A DNA stretch of 64,000 nucleotides from assembly GCF_000315625.1 (NCBI RefSeq), contig NW_005434602.1:305848-369847 (forward strand), in the 5' to 3' direction. The translations under genes and the position numbers were made by a program. How positions within the stretch are numbered: position 1 is the stretch's first letter; the number at the start of each line of letters is the position of its first letter. Below the pieces are notes generated by a model that was not told the origin of the DNA, made no database searches, and worked only from the letters and a program-made list of their open reading frames with translations. Source of the DNA: Guillardia theta CCMP2712 (Eukaryota > Protista > Cryptophyta). Of this stretch, positions 27,361 through 38,593 are shown piece by piece.

Positions 27361-27642
27361 CTACTTCGTAACAAGCAACTTTGCAAGATAGTTCTCGACC
27401 CCCCTGATGTGACAGAAGTTGGAATTCATGAATGTGATTGCCTTCGTGTAGATCTTGGAGTCCACGGGGATGTTCCTAGACCGGACGAATCTCAGCGCGG
27501 CTTTTGTGATCTGCTGATGCAACTCCTCTGGGGAGACCTCGGTGTCATACTCGACAGCACTGAGATAATGGTCGATGTCACCATAGGTGAGCGGGTTTGG
27601 GTACGCCGCGCCGAGGGTGAGGTTCTGTATGGAGGACTGCAT
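27361..27642 (-). CDS. Hypothetical protein, 93 aa
   Basis: ATG ORF with protein-like composition, convergent with GNAT across an AT-rich spacer. Confidence 0.6.
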   Translation of the reverse strand: MQSSIQNLTLGAAYPNPLTYGDIDHYLSAVEYDTEVSPEELHQQITKAALRFVRSRNIPVDSKIYTKAITFMNSNFCHIRGVENYLAKLLVTK

Positions 27643-27715
27643 CCTTCCTTTGATTCTCGCAAGCGCTTCAAGCCCGATATAGAAGCAATTCGAAATTGAC
27701 TCAAATTCATGAACC

Positions 27716-27852
27716 TCCTATTACAGGTGGAGTGGGAGTACCCGGTGGTTATACATGAATATATAGTGCAGATAGGGGGTACATATGTGTTACGTGTTAT
27801 GTTTCCCAGCACAAAATGTAATACGTGAGTACCCCTTAAATTAAGGCTTTAA
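27716..27852. repeat. 137-bp direct repeat, copy 1 (copy 2 at 29233-29369), ending CCTTAA-A-TTAAGG-CTTTAA
   Basis: 4 mismatches by manual alignment; homology stops at TTAA in both copies. Confidence 0.9.
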
Positions 27853-28091
27853 CTCCCGCCCGCAAGAGGCTCATGACTCTGTTTCTGTGGTTTTCATCGG
27901 AAGAGCTTAGTGGATAGTAGATGGGTGTTCATTTTTGTGGTAATACATGTTGATTCTCATTCGCGCTTTCTGCGGCTGGCGGCGTTGCAGAAGGTTGTCT
28001 TCTTGGAAATCAGAGGAAATGTGGAAAGCAGATGTATGAACGTGATTCAATGCAGTGACTACGAGATTTTTGAGTATCTTTAATGAATAAC

Positions 28092-28709
28092 TCAAAATTT
28101 CTTTGGAATCCTCTTGAGAAGGGCTGCAATCAGCCTGTCTTTGTTCTCTAGTTCTAAAGCATGTTTCTGTTGCATCTTGTCGATTTCAGATTCATACTGA
28201 AGCTTTGTCTGCTTCACTTTGTCGAATGCTTGATGTTGGAACATCCTTCTTATCCAGGCTTCATATTCGACAACCTTCAAGTTATCAAAGTGATCATTTG
28301 ACTCAATCTTGACACCAAAAAAATTCAACAAGCTGCGACACAGCATGTCATGATCGGAATCTATAGAAGATTGCAACAAAAATGGAACGAGCTTCCTGAT
28401 AGTAAACCGGTCAAGCATGTGAAAAAGTCTGATTACATACAGTCGCCATTGAACAGTCTCACGGTTGCTGTACTTGGGGCTCAATATTCGCCCACCGACT
28501 CCATTCCCACGGCTGAACAACAAATTACATGTCCAATGTGCAAAAATGCAACTTCGAGCATAATCGAAATCCACAAATGGTTTGTATATCACAACTGCAT
28601 CAGATTCGCGAGGTATTTGAGGTGGTCGATATACCACAAGAGCCAAAGATACTTTGGGTTTCTTTGACATGCCAATGGAGGAGCGCCGTGCCTTGCGTTT
28701 GATGGGCAT
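28092..28709 (-). CDS. Hypothetical protein, 205 aa, N-terminal basic NLS-like segment, C-terminal coiled coil
   Basis: MPIKRKARRS..KKPK; QTKLQYESEIDKMQQKHALELENKDRLIAALL. Confidence 0.65.
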   Translation of the reverse strand: MPIKRKARRSSIGMSKKPKVSLALVVYRPPQIPRESDAVVIYKPFVDFDYARSCIFAHWTCNLLFSRGNGVGGRILSPKYSNRETVQWRLYVIRLFHMLDRFTIRKLVPFLLQSSIDSDHDMLCRSLLNFFGVKIESNDHFDNLKVVEYEAWIRRMFQHQAFDKVKQTKLQYESEIDKMQQKHALELENKDRLIAALLKRIPKKF

Positions 28710-28751
28710 TGTGACTTCTCAGATTTTCCTAGGTCCCACCCTTTATTATAT

Positions 28752-29369
28752 GTGGAGTGGAGTGGGAGTACCCGGTGGTTATATATGAAGATATGGGGGA
28801 AATGGGGGTGGTGGGGGTTATATGGGGTGGTGGGTCATTCCAGGTGGGGTGGGTGTACCCGGTGGTTATATATAAAGATATGGGGGAAATTGGGGGTGGT
28901 GGGGTTATATGGGGTGGTCGTCCTATTACAGGTGGACTGGGTGTACCCGGTGGTTATATATAAAGATATGGGGGAGATTGGGGGGTACTGGGGGTACATG
29001 AACCTGACTGACATGGGGTAGTCGTCCTATTACAGGTGGACTGGGTGTACCCGGTGGTTATATATAAAGATATGGGGGAGATTGGGGGGTACTGGGGGTA
29101 CATGAACCTGACTGACGCCGGGGTAGTCGTCCTATTACAGGTGGACTGGGTGTACCCGGTGGTTATACATGAATATATGGGGCAGGCAGGGGGTACTGGG
29201 GGTACATGAACCTGAATGACATGGGGTGGTCGTCCTATTACAGGTGGACTGGGTGTACCCGGTGGTTATACATGAATATATAGGGCAGATAGGGGGTACA
29301 TATGTGTTACGTGTTATGTTTCTCAGCACAAAATGTAATACGTGAGTACCCCTTAAATTAAGGCTTTAA
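28752..29369. repeat. Tandem array of ~77-105-bp G-rich units with core GTACCCGGTGGTTATA, ending in copy 2 of the 137-bp repeat
   Basis: Core at about 28778, 28855, 28943, 29047, 29152, 29255. Confidence 0.9.
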
Positions 29370-29575
29370 TTGGGGGTACAAGGATCTTAGCCGAAGTGTC
29401 ATTGATTACAGTACGGGTTGTTTTATTGTATCATACCACCCCTCTATGTTTGTCTCTTGGTTATTCCCCCACTTTGACTACCCCTTATTTTACCTGCTTT
29501 GTGGGGGTACTAAGTGTCATTAGGGGCCGCGGACTGCGTTACTTAAAGCAAGGGCCTAAGTGTCAAGGTGTGAAA

Positions 29576-29935
29576 ATGAACACTTTGTTGTTTAGCTTTG
29601 GTGTTGCGAGTATGGCCTATGATCTGTACAAGAGTTACAACAATTCAGGAGTTTCATTGCTTGGAGTGAAGAAGAGGGTGAGAGAGGAGATCATTGAGAC
29701 TACTAACAACAGTGGTGTTGTTACTACGATCAAGAACAGTCAAATTATAACTCGGACTATGAAGCAAGATCGAGTTCGGGAACTTGAGGAGGAGTTAAGG
29801 AAGTTGACCGATGCAGCACGCAGCGATGCCACCGCCCGCACGACGTCGAACGTATCGGCTGATGGAGGGAATGAGGAAGTTGTTGGGAATGGAGATGATT
29901 CTGTACGAAGGCAATCCAAACGACGTAAATTGTGA
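29576..29935 (+). CDS. Hypothetical protein, 119 aa, hydrophobic N-terminus, C-terminal KRRKL
   Basis: MNTLLFSFGVASMAYDLY...QSKRRKL; AATAAA follows the stop. Confidence 0.55.
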   Translation: MNTLLFSFGVASMAYDLYKSYNNSGVSLLGVKKRVREEIIETTNNSGVVTTIKNSQIITRTMKQDRVRELEEELRKLTDAARSDATARTTSNVSADGGNEEVVGNGDDSVRRQSKRRKL

Positions 29936-30006
29936 TATTCTTGTTGTTGTAATAAACAAGTGTTATTCAAACGCACTGTTAAGCGGCTCAGCGGCTGAGT
30001 TCACTA

Positions 30007-30753
30007 TCAGGCGCGTGACAAGCGACATGTCTCTGCGAAGTGAGTTCCGCTGCCACACATACGACACAGATCGTATTTCTCGCGTATCTGCATTGCGGCA
30101 TCTCTATGTTCTTCCGCGCTGAGTGCAACGGAAGTATACTTCCACCCTCTCACCTTTGTGATGCCGTGTTTCTTCATCTGGTGCAAAGTCTCATTCCTTT
30201 CCCAAGACTCCAAATCATGCGGTATCGCGGGGGTTTCTGGGGCTATCAATTTTGGGTTACCCCATGATTCGGCGAATGGTCCCTTCAAGTGCTGTCCAAT
30301 GCGTTTATCCACGTTCTTCGATCTGCCCACGTATACCTGTCCGTTGGGATATAACAAGATGTATACTCCGCTCGTACCGGGGAGGAGTTGAGGATACTCG
30401 ATGGGCTTTTTGTTTATCTCTTCATCCTCGCTTTCTTCACTCGACTCACTACTTTTGACCTTTTCATCATCCATCTCATCATTACGCTGTTCGTATGAGC
30501 CCCATTTACGTGAGAAGCACTCTGGAGCGAATTGCCAAGGGTTCCCAACATTGGAGGCATTCCAGAGTCTCCGGTCCGACTTCTCCTGGTCAGCATAGCA
30601 CTCGCTGGCAAAGTGTCCGGTTTTTCCGCATTGAAAACATGTTCTTCTATTCGAGGTGACGCTCCATTCTGAGACCGCATAACGGGAATTCGTCCAACAC
30701 TCCGGGGCAATGTGCCCCCACCTCCCACAGTGATAACACACCACTGAGCTCAT
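30007..30753 (-). CDS. CCHC zinc-knuckle / GIY-YIG nuclease-domain protein
   Basis: CYHCGRWGHIAPEC, CFQCGKTGHFASEC, GVYILLYPNGQVYVGRSKNVDKRIGQH, C-terminal CRMCGSGTHFAETC. Confidence 0.85.
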   Translation of the reverse strand: MSSVVCYHCGRWGHIAPECWTNSRYAVSEWSVTSNRRTCFQCGKTGHFASECYADQEKSDRRLWNASNVGNPWQFAPECFSRKWGSYEQRNDEMDDEKVKSSESSEESEDEEINKKPIEYPQLLPGTSGVYILLYPNGQVYVGRSKNVDKRIGQHLKGPFAESWGNPKLIAPETPAIPHDLESWERNETLHQMKKHGITKVRGWKYTSVALSAEEHRDAAMQIREKYDLCRMCGSGTHFAETCRLSRA

Positions 30754-30891
30754 GCTGCTCTTCCTGTCCTATGCTTGACTGTCAGTCAAGTTTTTACATT
30801 CAAGAGGAAATGAAAAAGAAATAAAAATTTAGTCCGCCCGAAATATTCTCTCGATACAAACAATATTCTTTATAGAAAACCTTTTTAACCT

Positions 30892-31260
30892 TTATACGAC
30901 AAAAGGATTCCCTGAGGCAAACTCCACAGAGGCAAACTCCTCAATGTCGGTTGGAAACTCATCGGACAAGCACTCCGATCCCCCCCGCCTCTGCTCGCAC
31001 TTTGATGCTGTATTCCTGTCAGTGCTGATCTTCCTCCTCTTCCATTGTATCGCATCCACAGAGGCAAACTCCTCAATGTCGGCTGGAAACTCATCGGACA
31101 AGCACTCCGATCCCCCACACCTCTGCTCGCACTTTGATGCTGTATTCCTGTTAGTGCTGATCTTCCTCCTCTTCCGTTGTATCGCATCCACAGAGGCAAA
31201 CTCCTCAATATCGGGTGGAAACTCATCGGACAAGCACAAGAGATCCTCAGCCGCCAACAT
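30892..31260 (-). CDS. 122-aa protein built from a 40-aa (120-bp) tandem repeat; stop codon lies inside the TIR
   Basis: CLSDEFPxDIEEFASV occurs 3 times with KRRK linkers; DNA repeat 30922-31236. Confidence 0.5.
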   Translation of the reverse strand: MLAAEDLLCLSDEFPPDIEEFASVDAIQRKRRKISTNRNTASKCEQRCGGSECLSDEFPADIEEFASVDAIQWKRRKISTDRNTASKCEQRRGGSECLSDEFPTDIEEFASVEFASGNPFVV

Positions 31261-31354
31261 GCCTCCCGTAGACCCTTCCCAGTGCTTTTTTATTTATTGG
31301 AAAAAACCAAACCGTAGCAAACTTTGTTTTTAAAAAACAAAAAATACACAAAGA

Positions 31355-34053
31355 TCAACCAAAGCACGTTTCAGGGCAATGAGAGTTCCTCGGGCATACA
31401 GAGCACACGCCTGGCTCACTCTGGTAGTATCCGTAGTTGCATCGACATTGCTCTTTCAAAGAAGATCCAGCTGTCGAGTTTGAGTTCTTAAAGCATGCAC
31501 TTTTCTGGCTTAGGCTACAGTAATTCCCTGCCTCGCATATAGAGCACTGCTCACTCCCTTGCAATGGATTCTTCAAATATGATCCTTCAGGGCAATATTC
31601 ACACGCTGTCGACGATGCGTTTGAGTATGTGTGGTTTGCGCACAGTTTCATCACCCCATTCACACAAAAGTAACCAGGAACGCACGCAGCACATTGATCG
31701 CTCCCTTGCAATGGGTTTTTCAGATATGACCCATCGGGACACAACGCGCATGATGTCCCCGACATGTTCGAATACATATCAACAGGACACTCCTTGCAAA
31801 TCAAAGATCCCGCTTCGTCGCTGAAATATGACGGAGTACACGAAGTGCACTCTGACTGTGAGATCGCTCCAGAATAATTCAGCGCATATCCTGCGGGACA
31901 TGGCACGCATTCCAGTGGACCACTCTTGTAGTACCCACTCGGGCATAATATACACTGGTTACTTGACAGATCCCAAACCCCGTTTGGCATGTCTGAACAC
32001 GCCGTGTCTGGGATGCATGCGCTCTTCGTATTATCCGTATACCCCAACCCAGTCAACGCGTCTATGTATCCGGGAAGGCACGTGCAACGCGTAGACTGTG
32101 GGATCGATACCGAATTCGCCGGACAGTCGTAGCAAAACGGGAGCTCTACCTTAGCAGATTGCAGTACCCCTTTCCATTGCCCATGCTGGTTTCCACCCGA
32201 GCATGGCAAGCAATCCGTCGTCAACGTTATATATCTTCCCTTCATGTTGCAAGATATCTCATTCTTCTGGTTAGGCCCTGACCACCTGATACCAGAGGCA
32301 CATAGTCCGTTGTTGTTGTTACAACAACCCACACACCCCCAGCTCTGTGGGCAAGAGTCTGGTGGCGCGCTTGGGTTGTCCCCAATCAACACTCGTTCCC
32401 CTGCTCCCGCAAGATTCCAATACGCCCCATTGTCTATACTCCAGATATTCACTTTAGAAATCTCTCTACTCACCCCAAGGTCTATGATTATGAATGGCGG
32501 TGTTCGGCAATCGTAGCACCCAATCGATACCTCTTTCGTCACCAAGCCTGTTGTCGTTGGCTCTTCTAATGCATGCTCACACGAACCCCGAACATCAGTG
32601 CTTGACGATCCTGGCCCTGTCCATATTCCCTTTCGTTCAAAACCAGGTGTCATCGCCGACCCAATCCTGCACGTGCTCGAACACAACGATCTCTCGTCAT
32701 CTCCGCATGAGTACAGCAGGTTGATTTTCTCCCCAGTGTATGAGAAGGTGTTTTTCTGGCATGCGTTCAACGACGCACAATCCGTTGGCAATGACGACCC
32801 CGCCAGGGAGAAGTTGTTCGCCGGGCACCCCATAATCATACCATCCTTGCAGTAGCTGTTCGCAGGGCATAGCGTACAAGTGTAATCCCCGTTTGCCGGG
32901 TAATACCCATTAATGCACACGCAAGCCGAGATCGAAGAAGACAGCTCTACAGACAGCGAATTCGATGGACACGATTGCATCACACTGTTGTTGCAGTAGC
33001 TCCCCACAGGGCACCCCCCGCACCTCGATCCCTCCCCTGCAGTCCCATTCCCTTCCACCCAGTAATATCCCGCCTCGCAAGTGCAGTCGTAGATCGACCA
33101 CGAGAACTGTCCAGCAAAGGAGTTTGTGGGGCATGCCTTGAGGACCCCCCCAAAGCAGTAGCTGTCCACTGGGCACATCTCACAGGTGAACGGTGCGCTG
33201 GGTGTGCTGCCTTCAACACGGTGGTATCCAGCCTCACACACACACTCATCCAACCTGCCGGACCCAACCGCTGAAGAAGATAAGTTCGGACAGTGAACGC
33301 ATTCCTCTATAGACCCAGCCCCTTCATAATCAAGAAACATGTCCGCAGGACAACTCGAGCACCCACCCAAAAACTTCTTGAATTGTCCGACCGGGCACAG
33401 CATGCAGTCTTGCCTCTCAATGTCCCACACTCCATTCGTTACGTTTTGACAAGTCGTATTCGCCACACAGACCCGGTTGTAGTCAGGACTACACGCACGC
33501 ACCTCGATTTCATCAGAACTGCATGCCCCCGTGCAGTTCGCGCAAACTCTGTCTTGTTTGCCATCGATACCTTTTAACAATCACAGTTAAATACAAAAAT
33601 AAATCATATTACACTTTACCTCCACATGGCGTTATTGCATAGCTTTCATATCCACACTCAGTACATAAAGAACACACACGGTCCAAGTCATTAACACCAC
33701 ACTCGGAAGTCAGATATTCGAATGAAGTGTTACACTCTTGTCGGCAAGGGCTACAAAATATTCACCACTCTGATTTCAAAACAAACATTCATATCAGTGT
33801 TCAATTCATTCGAAATTCTCTTCAAATTTACCCGATATTGCCCTGCAGGCACACTGAAGTCTATTAACCATTGACATCCGTTGTATGAACATGGATAGTA
33901 ACAATATCTTGTAACGATACATGTATGTTGCCAGTATATCTGTTGAGTGCAAGTAGATTCGTACTTTCTCGCAACAGTAAACGTATACGTCGGCTCAACA
34001 AACATTACAACTATCAAAATCACACCCAAACTTCCAAGCATTTCTTTCGACAT
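31355..34053 (-). CDS. Secreted cysteine-rich protein (TNFR/ephrin-receptor-like GCC2_GCC3 repeats with central F5/8C/fucolectin-like domain); 5' exon structure uncertain
   Basis: Many CPxGxYC / CxCxxGYY repeats; FIIIDLGVSREISKVNIW...CNMKGRYITL; signal peptide at 34053; AT-rich GT-AG intron ~33572-33618 and probably a second intron upstream. Confidence 0.8.
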
Positions 34054-34369
34054 TTTCTCACACGTTTACACCCCGGCATTCTCAAAATACTTATATACAT
34101 CACCACACACTATTCTGATCCACACCATAATCATTTCATTCCATAGTAAATAAATAGAATACAAAGAATAATAGAACCAGTCAACAACTGCATCCTTCTG
34201 CTTTGTTTCCCTTCTTCTTCCATTTCTATTCTTCTCGATGCTTTCTCTTCCTTTTCTATCCTTCTCAATGATTTCAATGCTTTCTCTTCCTTTTCTATCA
34301 TTGTCGCTGCTTCATATAACATATTCAATCCCTTCCCGTCAGATCCCTGCGTTTCCTCTTCATCACTTT

Positions 34370-35110
34370 CTATTTCCTCTTCAACTCCACCACCAACTCC
34401 ACCTCCAGACCCCTCCACAGATCCCTCCAATAGTAGCTCAGCCTCGTCCCCTCCACTCGCAGCCCTCCCAATCCCCGCCTCATCACTCGTAGAGCACGCT
34501 CCGCAGCCTTCTGTCTTGCAATCCTATCCTTCTCTTCTGGTCTGTCGTTAATACCAAACGCCCCAATGAATTCTGACGACCCCTTGAAATCTCTCATCAA
34601 CCGTTTCACTTCTCCATTCGAACACAACACAACAAAAATTAAAAGCAAACTATCCATGCATAGTCGATACATCCCAACCTTCTGCTCTCTGTTCAACGTT
34701 CTGAACAAACCCTCTGAGGTCACACGTCTCTCCAATTTCACCGCGTCACTCTTTTTCCTTGACTTATCACGATTCAAGCCACCCCAATGGATTTTATCGT
34801 CAAATGCGTAAACAAATCCCTCATCAATCCCCTCAACTTTCACAGAATAACTTTCATCACCAATCCATTTACCATAGATTGCAGCAACAGTCCCCAAAAG
34901 CTCTTTAACACGCTCTCCCCCATCCGTAACATGCCCCATAACAATCTCTAAACAAAACTCCCGGATAATATCAAGGCAAATGCATATAACACTCTTATCT
35001 TCATCTGATAACCCTCTCATCTGTTTCTTCAAACGATTCAGCTCACTCTGCGCTTTCAACACAAGAGAACTAGTATCCTCACGGTATCGGTTCTTAATCC
35101 AATCACTCAT
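34370..35110 (-). CDS. Hypothetical protein, 246 aa
   Basis: Long intronless ATG ORF in AT-rich DNA; no recognised motif. Confidence 0.6.
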   Translation of the reverse strand: MSDWIKNRYREDTSSLVLKAQSELNRLKKQMRGLSDEDKSVICICLDIIREFCLEIVMGHVTDGGERVKELLGTVAAIYGKWIGDESYSVKVEGIDEGFVYAFDDKIHWGGLNRDKSRKKSDAVKLERRVTSEGLFRTLNREQKVGMYRLCMDSLLLIFVVLCSNGEVKRLMRDFKGSSEFIGAFGINDRPEEKDRIARQKAAERALRVMRRGLGGLRVEGTRLSYYWRDLWRGLEVELVVELKRK

Positions 35111-35226
35111 AATTCCACTCTCTCACAAATACAACCTTTCCACACAATCAGTTTATTAATATACCAAAAAGCAATTGATAAAAATCAAACTCCAAAAACA
35201 CCAAAGCTAAAGTCATCACAAAAATT

Positions 35227-35940
35227 TTAATTCCGCCGAAAACAACACAGACCTTCATACGCACCTGCCCATTCCCCATAGAACTCAGGAACAAAACCAA
35301 GCGTCCGAAAAAGATTATTCAGAGTATGCTGCTCCCCATACTCAATGCCAATCAGCGATGAATCCTTCTCAATCAGATCATTCACCCCAATCCGTTGCCA
35401 TTCACCACGCTTCAGCAAAATAAGACGGTTCAAAAAAGTCCACCCATAACGCTGATTCACAGTAATCTTCGTAATACCAAGAAATCCATTCAGTTGCAAC
35501 TTCATCTCACCACCATCCATTATACTCCCTTCCAACACACTCTCGTCACGCTCCAACTCAACCAATCCAAACCATTGGCAAAGCTCCAAAAACATCCAAA
35601 AAGTACGGTTCTTGTTCTTCATACGTTGGCTCTTCAAATATCGCTCTCGAAGGAACCGCCGGCTCACTTCATCCATACCAAAAACCTTCAAACTCTGCAC
35701 TTCATTGAAGTTCTCCAAAATGCTCCGATACGACTTCTTCCAAATAGTCTGCCCTGCTCGAGCTCGCACTTGTTTGCTCCCAACTCCCGAAATACAAACA
35801 AGACTCTCAATCACAATCTTATCAGACTCGGAAACCACACTTTCATTCACCACACCCACACCAATCAAACTCTCCGCAAGCTCGCTCATCGCAATCCCAC
35901 ACAAAAAAACCCTTCCCACCTCGAGTCCTTTTATAAACAC
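35227..35940 (-). CDS. Hypothetical protein, ~220-237 aa
   Basis: Long ORF, co-oriented with its neighbour; no recognised motif. Confidence 0.6.
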   Translation of the reverse strand: MFIKGLEVGRVFLCGIAMSELAESLIGVGVVNESVVSESDKIVIESLVCISGVGSKQVRARAGQTIWKKSYRSILENFNEVQSLKVFGMDEVSRRFLRERYLKSQRMKNKNRTFWMFLELCQWFGLVELERDESVLEGSIMDGGEMKLQLNGFLGITKITVNQRYGWTFLNRLILLKRGEWQRIGVNDLIEKDSSLIGIEYGEQHTLNNLFRTLGFVPEFYGEWAGAYEGLCCFRRN

Positions 35941-36497
35941 AAGCTAGGAAAGTCGTTATATGTCCGTTATGAATAACGAACGTTACGGAAGTTACAAAAC
36001 CGTTAAAAATCAAATACACGTTATTGGTGACAAAATGATTTTTGTAAAGTATATAAAGCAAACACTGTACACACATCAATTTTTCAATGACAACATGAAA
36101 AAGAAGAAAAACACACCGATTTTAGTCCATAGCAATGGCAAACAGCTGATGGCTAATATCACCAACGCTATCATTAAAAACGAAAACAAACTCTGCAATT
36201 TAGATCATATTTTTCAAAAACAATACAATAAATCAAACATAAAATAATCTAATAGAATAAATCTAAACATAAACAAAAATAAGTTGTTATTGTAATATAT
36301 AATAAACTTGACATAAACTACATATTCTTATTGTAATATACAACAAAACTAACATAAAATACATGATTTCCCGATATCACACATAAGCAACAAACAAATC
36401 TGACAGTCCATCCCGAAAAACACACATAAAACAACAACATTCTCCGATTCGTACTCCAATACATATAAATTATTAACCACACAACACTACCATCATC

Positions 36498-37109
36498 ATG
36501 CCCACATCACAATCTGAACAAAATACACAAGCAAAAACCAACAAATCAAAATACAATACTATAATACTATACATACTATTCTTTCTATTCTGGCTAACAG
36601 CAATCACTGCTTGGTACTACAAACCAGCACCCATAAATAACATAAACAAAAGAAGACAGGATTCACAGGATAAACTCAATATGCCATTCCTATTACATTG
36701 GTTCCTCTCAAACATTATCATCGCAATATTCTTCCTCGCTCTGCCTTTAATTCTATCTCTCTATTCTTCCAAAATAATATCCTTATCAAAATTCCAACTT
36801 CTCCTCCCAATAACTGTAACATCATTGGTTGCAATAATGGCCTGGTTGCTCTTCGATCCTTTTACAGATAAAAAATCTTCACAACCATATACACAAAACG
36901 AACTACTGATTGTCTCAATCGGTGGTATTTTCATTATCGCTTGTTTCATTTTCATCCTATCATGCATATTACTCTGTACTACACAACAACACTCTGACAT
37001 ACAACAAACTCAAATACAAACAGCCACATCCGAATCTAAATACATCCGTTATCAACCTTTAGTAACATTCCCTCTTGATAAATACCCATACATCCATGCA
37101 TTTCAATAA
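36498..37109 (+). CDS. Hypothetical 4-TM membrane protein, 203 aa
   Basis: Four hydrophobic stretches; AATAAA overlaps the stop. Confidence 0.65.
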   Translation: MPTSQSEQNTQAKTNKSKYNTIILYILFFLFWLTAITAWYYKPAPINNINKRRQDSQDKLNMPFLLHWFLSNIIIAIFFLALPLILSLYSSKIISLSKFQLLLPITVTSLVAIMAWLLFDPFTDKKSSQPYTQNELLIVSIGGIFIIACFIFILSCILLCTTQQHSDIQQTQIQTATSESKYIRYQPLVTFPLDKYPYIHAFQ

Positions 37110-37440
37110 AAAATATTCAATTGCTGCACTTTTTACTGTTCTCCTTTTTCAAAAAATCTATTCAAAAATCTGTAACATTTGCTGTTTTCAAGTGCTCAAT
37201 TTCAACCATTCTCAACGCCTCATTTTTTCCTCTTAAGTTGAAATTTTCATTATCAGTAAACTTCCAAAAATTCACTTAAAGACCACCACGAGAACGTCGA
37301 AAAGGACGAATTAACTCCAATTTTAATCACATTTCCGGAATGCGTCAAAACTAGCGTCAAAAGACCTACCAGGGGGGGGGGGTTTTACATATATATAATT
37401 TTTTTGAACCGGTTTTGATTAATGACCCTCCATACTCACC

Positions 37441-38071
37441 AGATTTCCTATGTGGGTCACTAAGTAAAAACCCCAAGGGTCCGACCCTGGCCCTCAAAGC
37501 TAGGGGATCCCAAGGCATCTGCCAGGGATAACAGTGGCTTGACTATAACCACTCACACCTGCACATGGCCGATTTCATATATGGGTCACTAAGTAAAAAC
37601 CCCAAGGGTCCGACCCTGGCCCTCAAAACTAGGGGATCCCAAGGCACCTCCCAGACCGGGATCACATGACGATGACTGGCTATAACCCCTGCCTCCTCTG
37701 CATAGGTCCCAGATTTCATATATGGGTCACTAAGTAAAAACCCCAAGGGTCCGACCCTGGCCCTCAAAACTAGGGGATCCCAAGACAAAGGCACCTGCCA
37801 GGGATCACATGACGATGGCTGGCTATAACCCCTGCCTCCTCTGCATAGGTCCCAGATTTCATATATGGGTCACTAAGTAAAAACCCCAAGGGTCCGACCC
37901 TGACCCTCAAAGCTAGGGGATCCCAAAGCACCTCCCAGACCAAGGCACCTGCCAGGGATCACATGACGATGACTGGCTATAACCCCTGCCTCCTCTGCAT
38001 AGGTCCCAGATTTCATATATGGGTCACTAAGTAAAAACCCCAAGGGTCCGACCCTGGCCCTCAGAGCTAGG
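37441..38071. repeat. Tandem array, 5 units of ~130-155 bp
   Basis: GGGTCACTAAGTAAAAACCCCAAGGGTCCGACCCTG at about 37454, 37583, 37724, 37867, 38021. Confidence 0.95.
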
Positions 38072-38163
38072 TATACACAATTTTTATCTAATTAGCTAAT
38101 TCAAATAATCCATTTTTTTAAAAAAAAATTGCTCAGTATAAAACTTTATGATAATCGAAAGAG

Positions 38164-38505
38164 TCAACCGAGTTGGTACGGGAGGAGGTTGCTTTGAGTC
38201 TGGAGCCTATGAAGGAGGTCGGCCTGGAAGGCTTCCTCGTAGCCTATGAGGTAGTGAAGGTAGAGCCACTGCCTCTTCTCGAAGTCCGAGGAGTCCTGGT
38301 GAAAGAGGAAGGAATGCTGCATGCGGGAGTAGCTACATGCCCTTGCGCGGCTTGCATGGAGTTCGTCATGCAATTCGAAGAGGCGGTTTGAGTTGAACAA
38401 GATACGGGAGTCGTCCGCGCCGTGCTGCGCCGCCTTCTCCTCGACCAGTTGACAGGGGTATATGTCACACGAAAGGTTGAAAGCAAGGAGCGGTGGGTTG
38501 ATCAT
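38164..38505 (-). CDS. Hypothetical protein, ~113 aa
   Basis: MINPPLLAF...LPYQLG; C-ending codon bias, AT-rich flanks. Confidence 0.55.
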   Translation of the reverse strand: MINPPLLAFNLSCDIYPCQLVEEKAAQHGADDSRILFNSNRLFELHDELHASRARACSYSRMQHSFLFHQDSSDFEKRQWLYLHYLIGYEEAFQADLLHRLQTQSNLLPYQLG

Positions 38506-38593
38506 GTCAAATGGCTGGGTGTCTAGGTTGGATTTTTCTTTTAATTTTAAAAAAAAACAACACAAAGTTCAAAAAATTAAAAAAACAAAAATC

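Noticed and set aside
28731-28745. 9-nt match (GGTGGGACC, minus strand) to the full Fanzor guide; similar short matches near 52746 and 60926
   Set aside because: A match of this length is expected by chance in 64 kb, and there is no TTAA-like TAM with extended pairing
37441-38071. Possible CRISPR-like array (conserved block with variable intervals); same for the arrays at 28.8 and 43.3 kb
   Set aside because: The intervening segments are homologous to each other rather than unique spacers, and the units are too long; these are minisatellites
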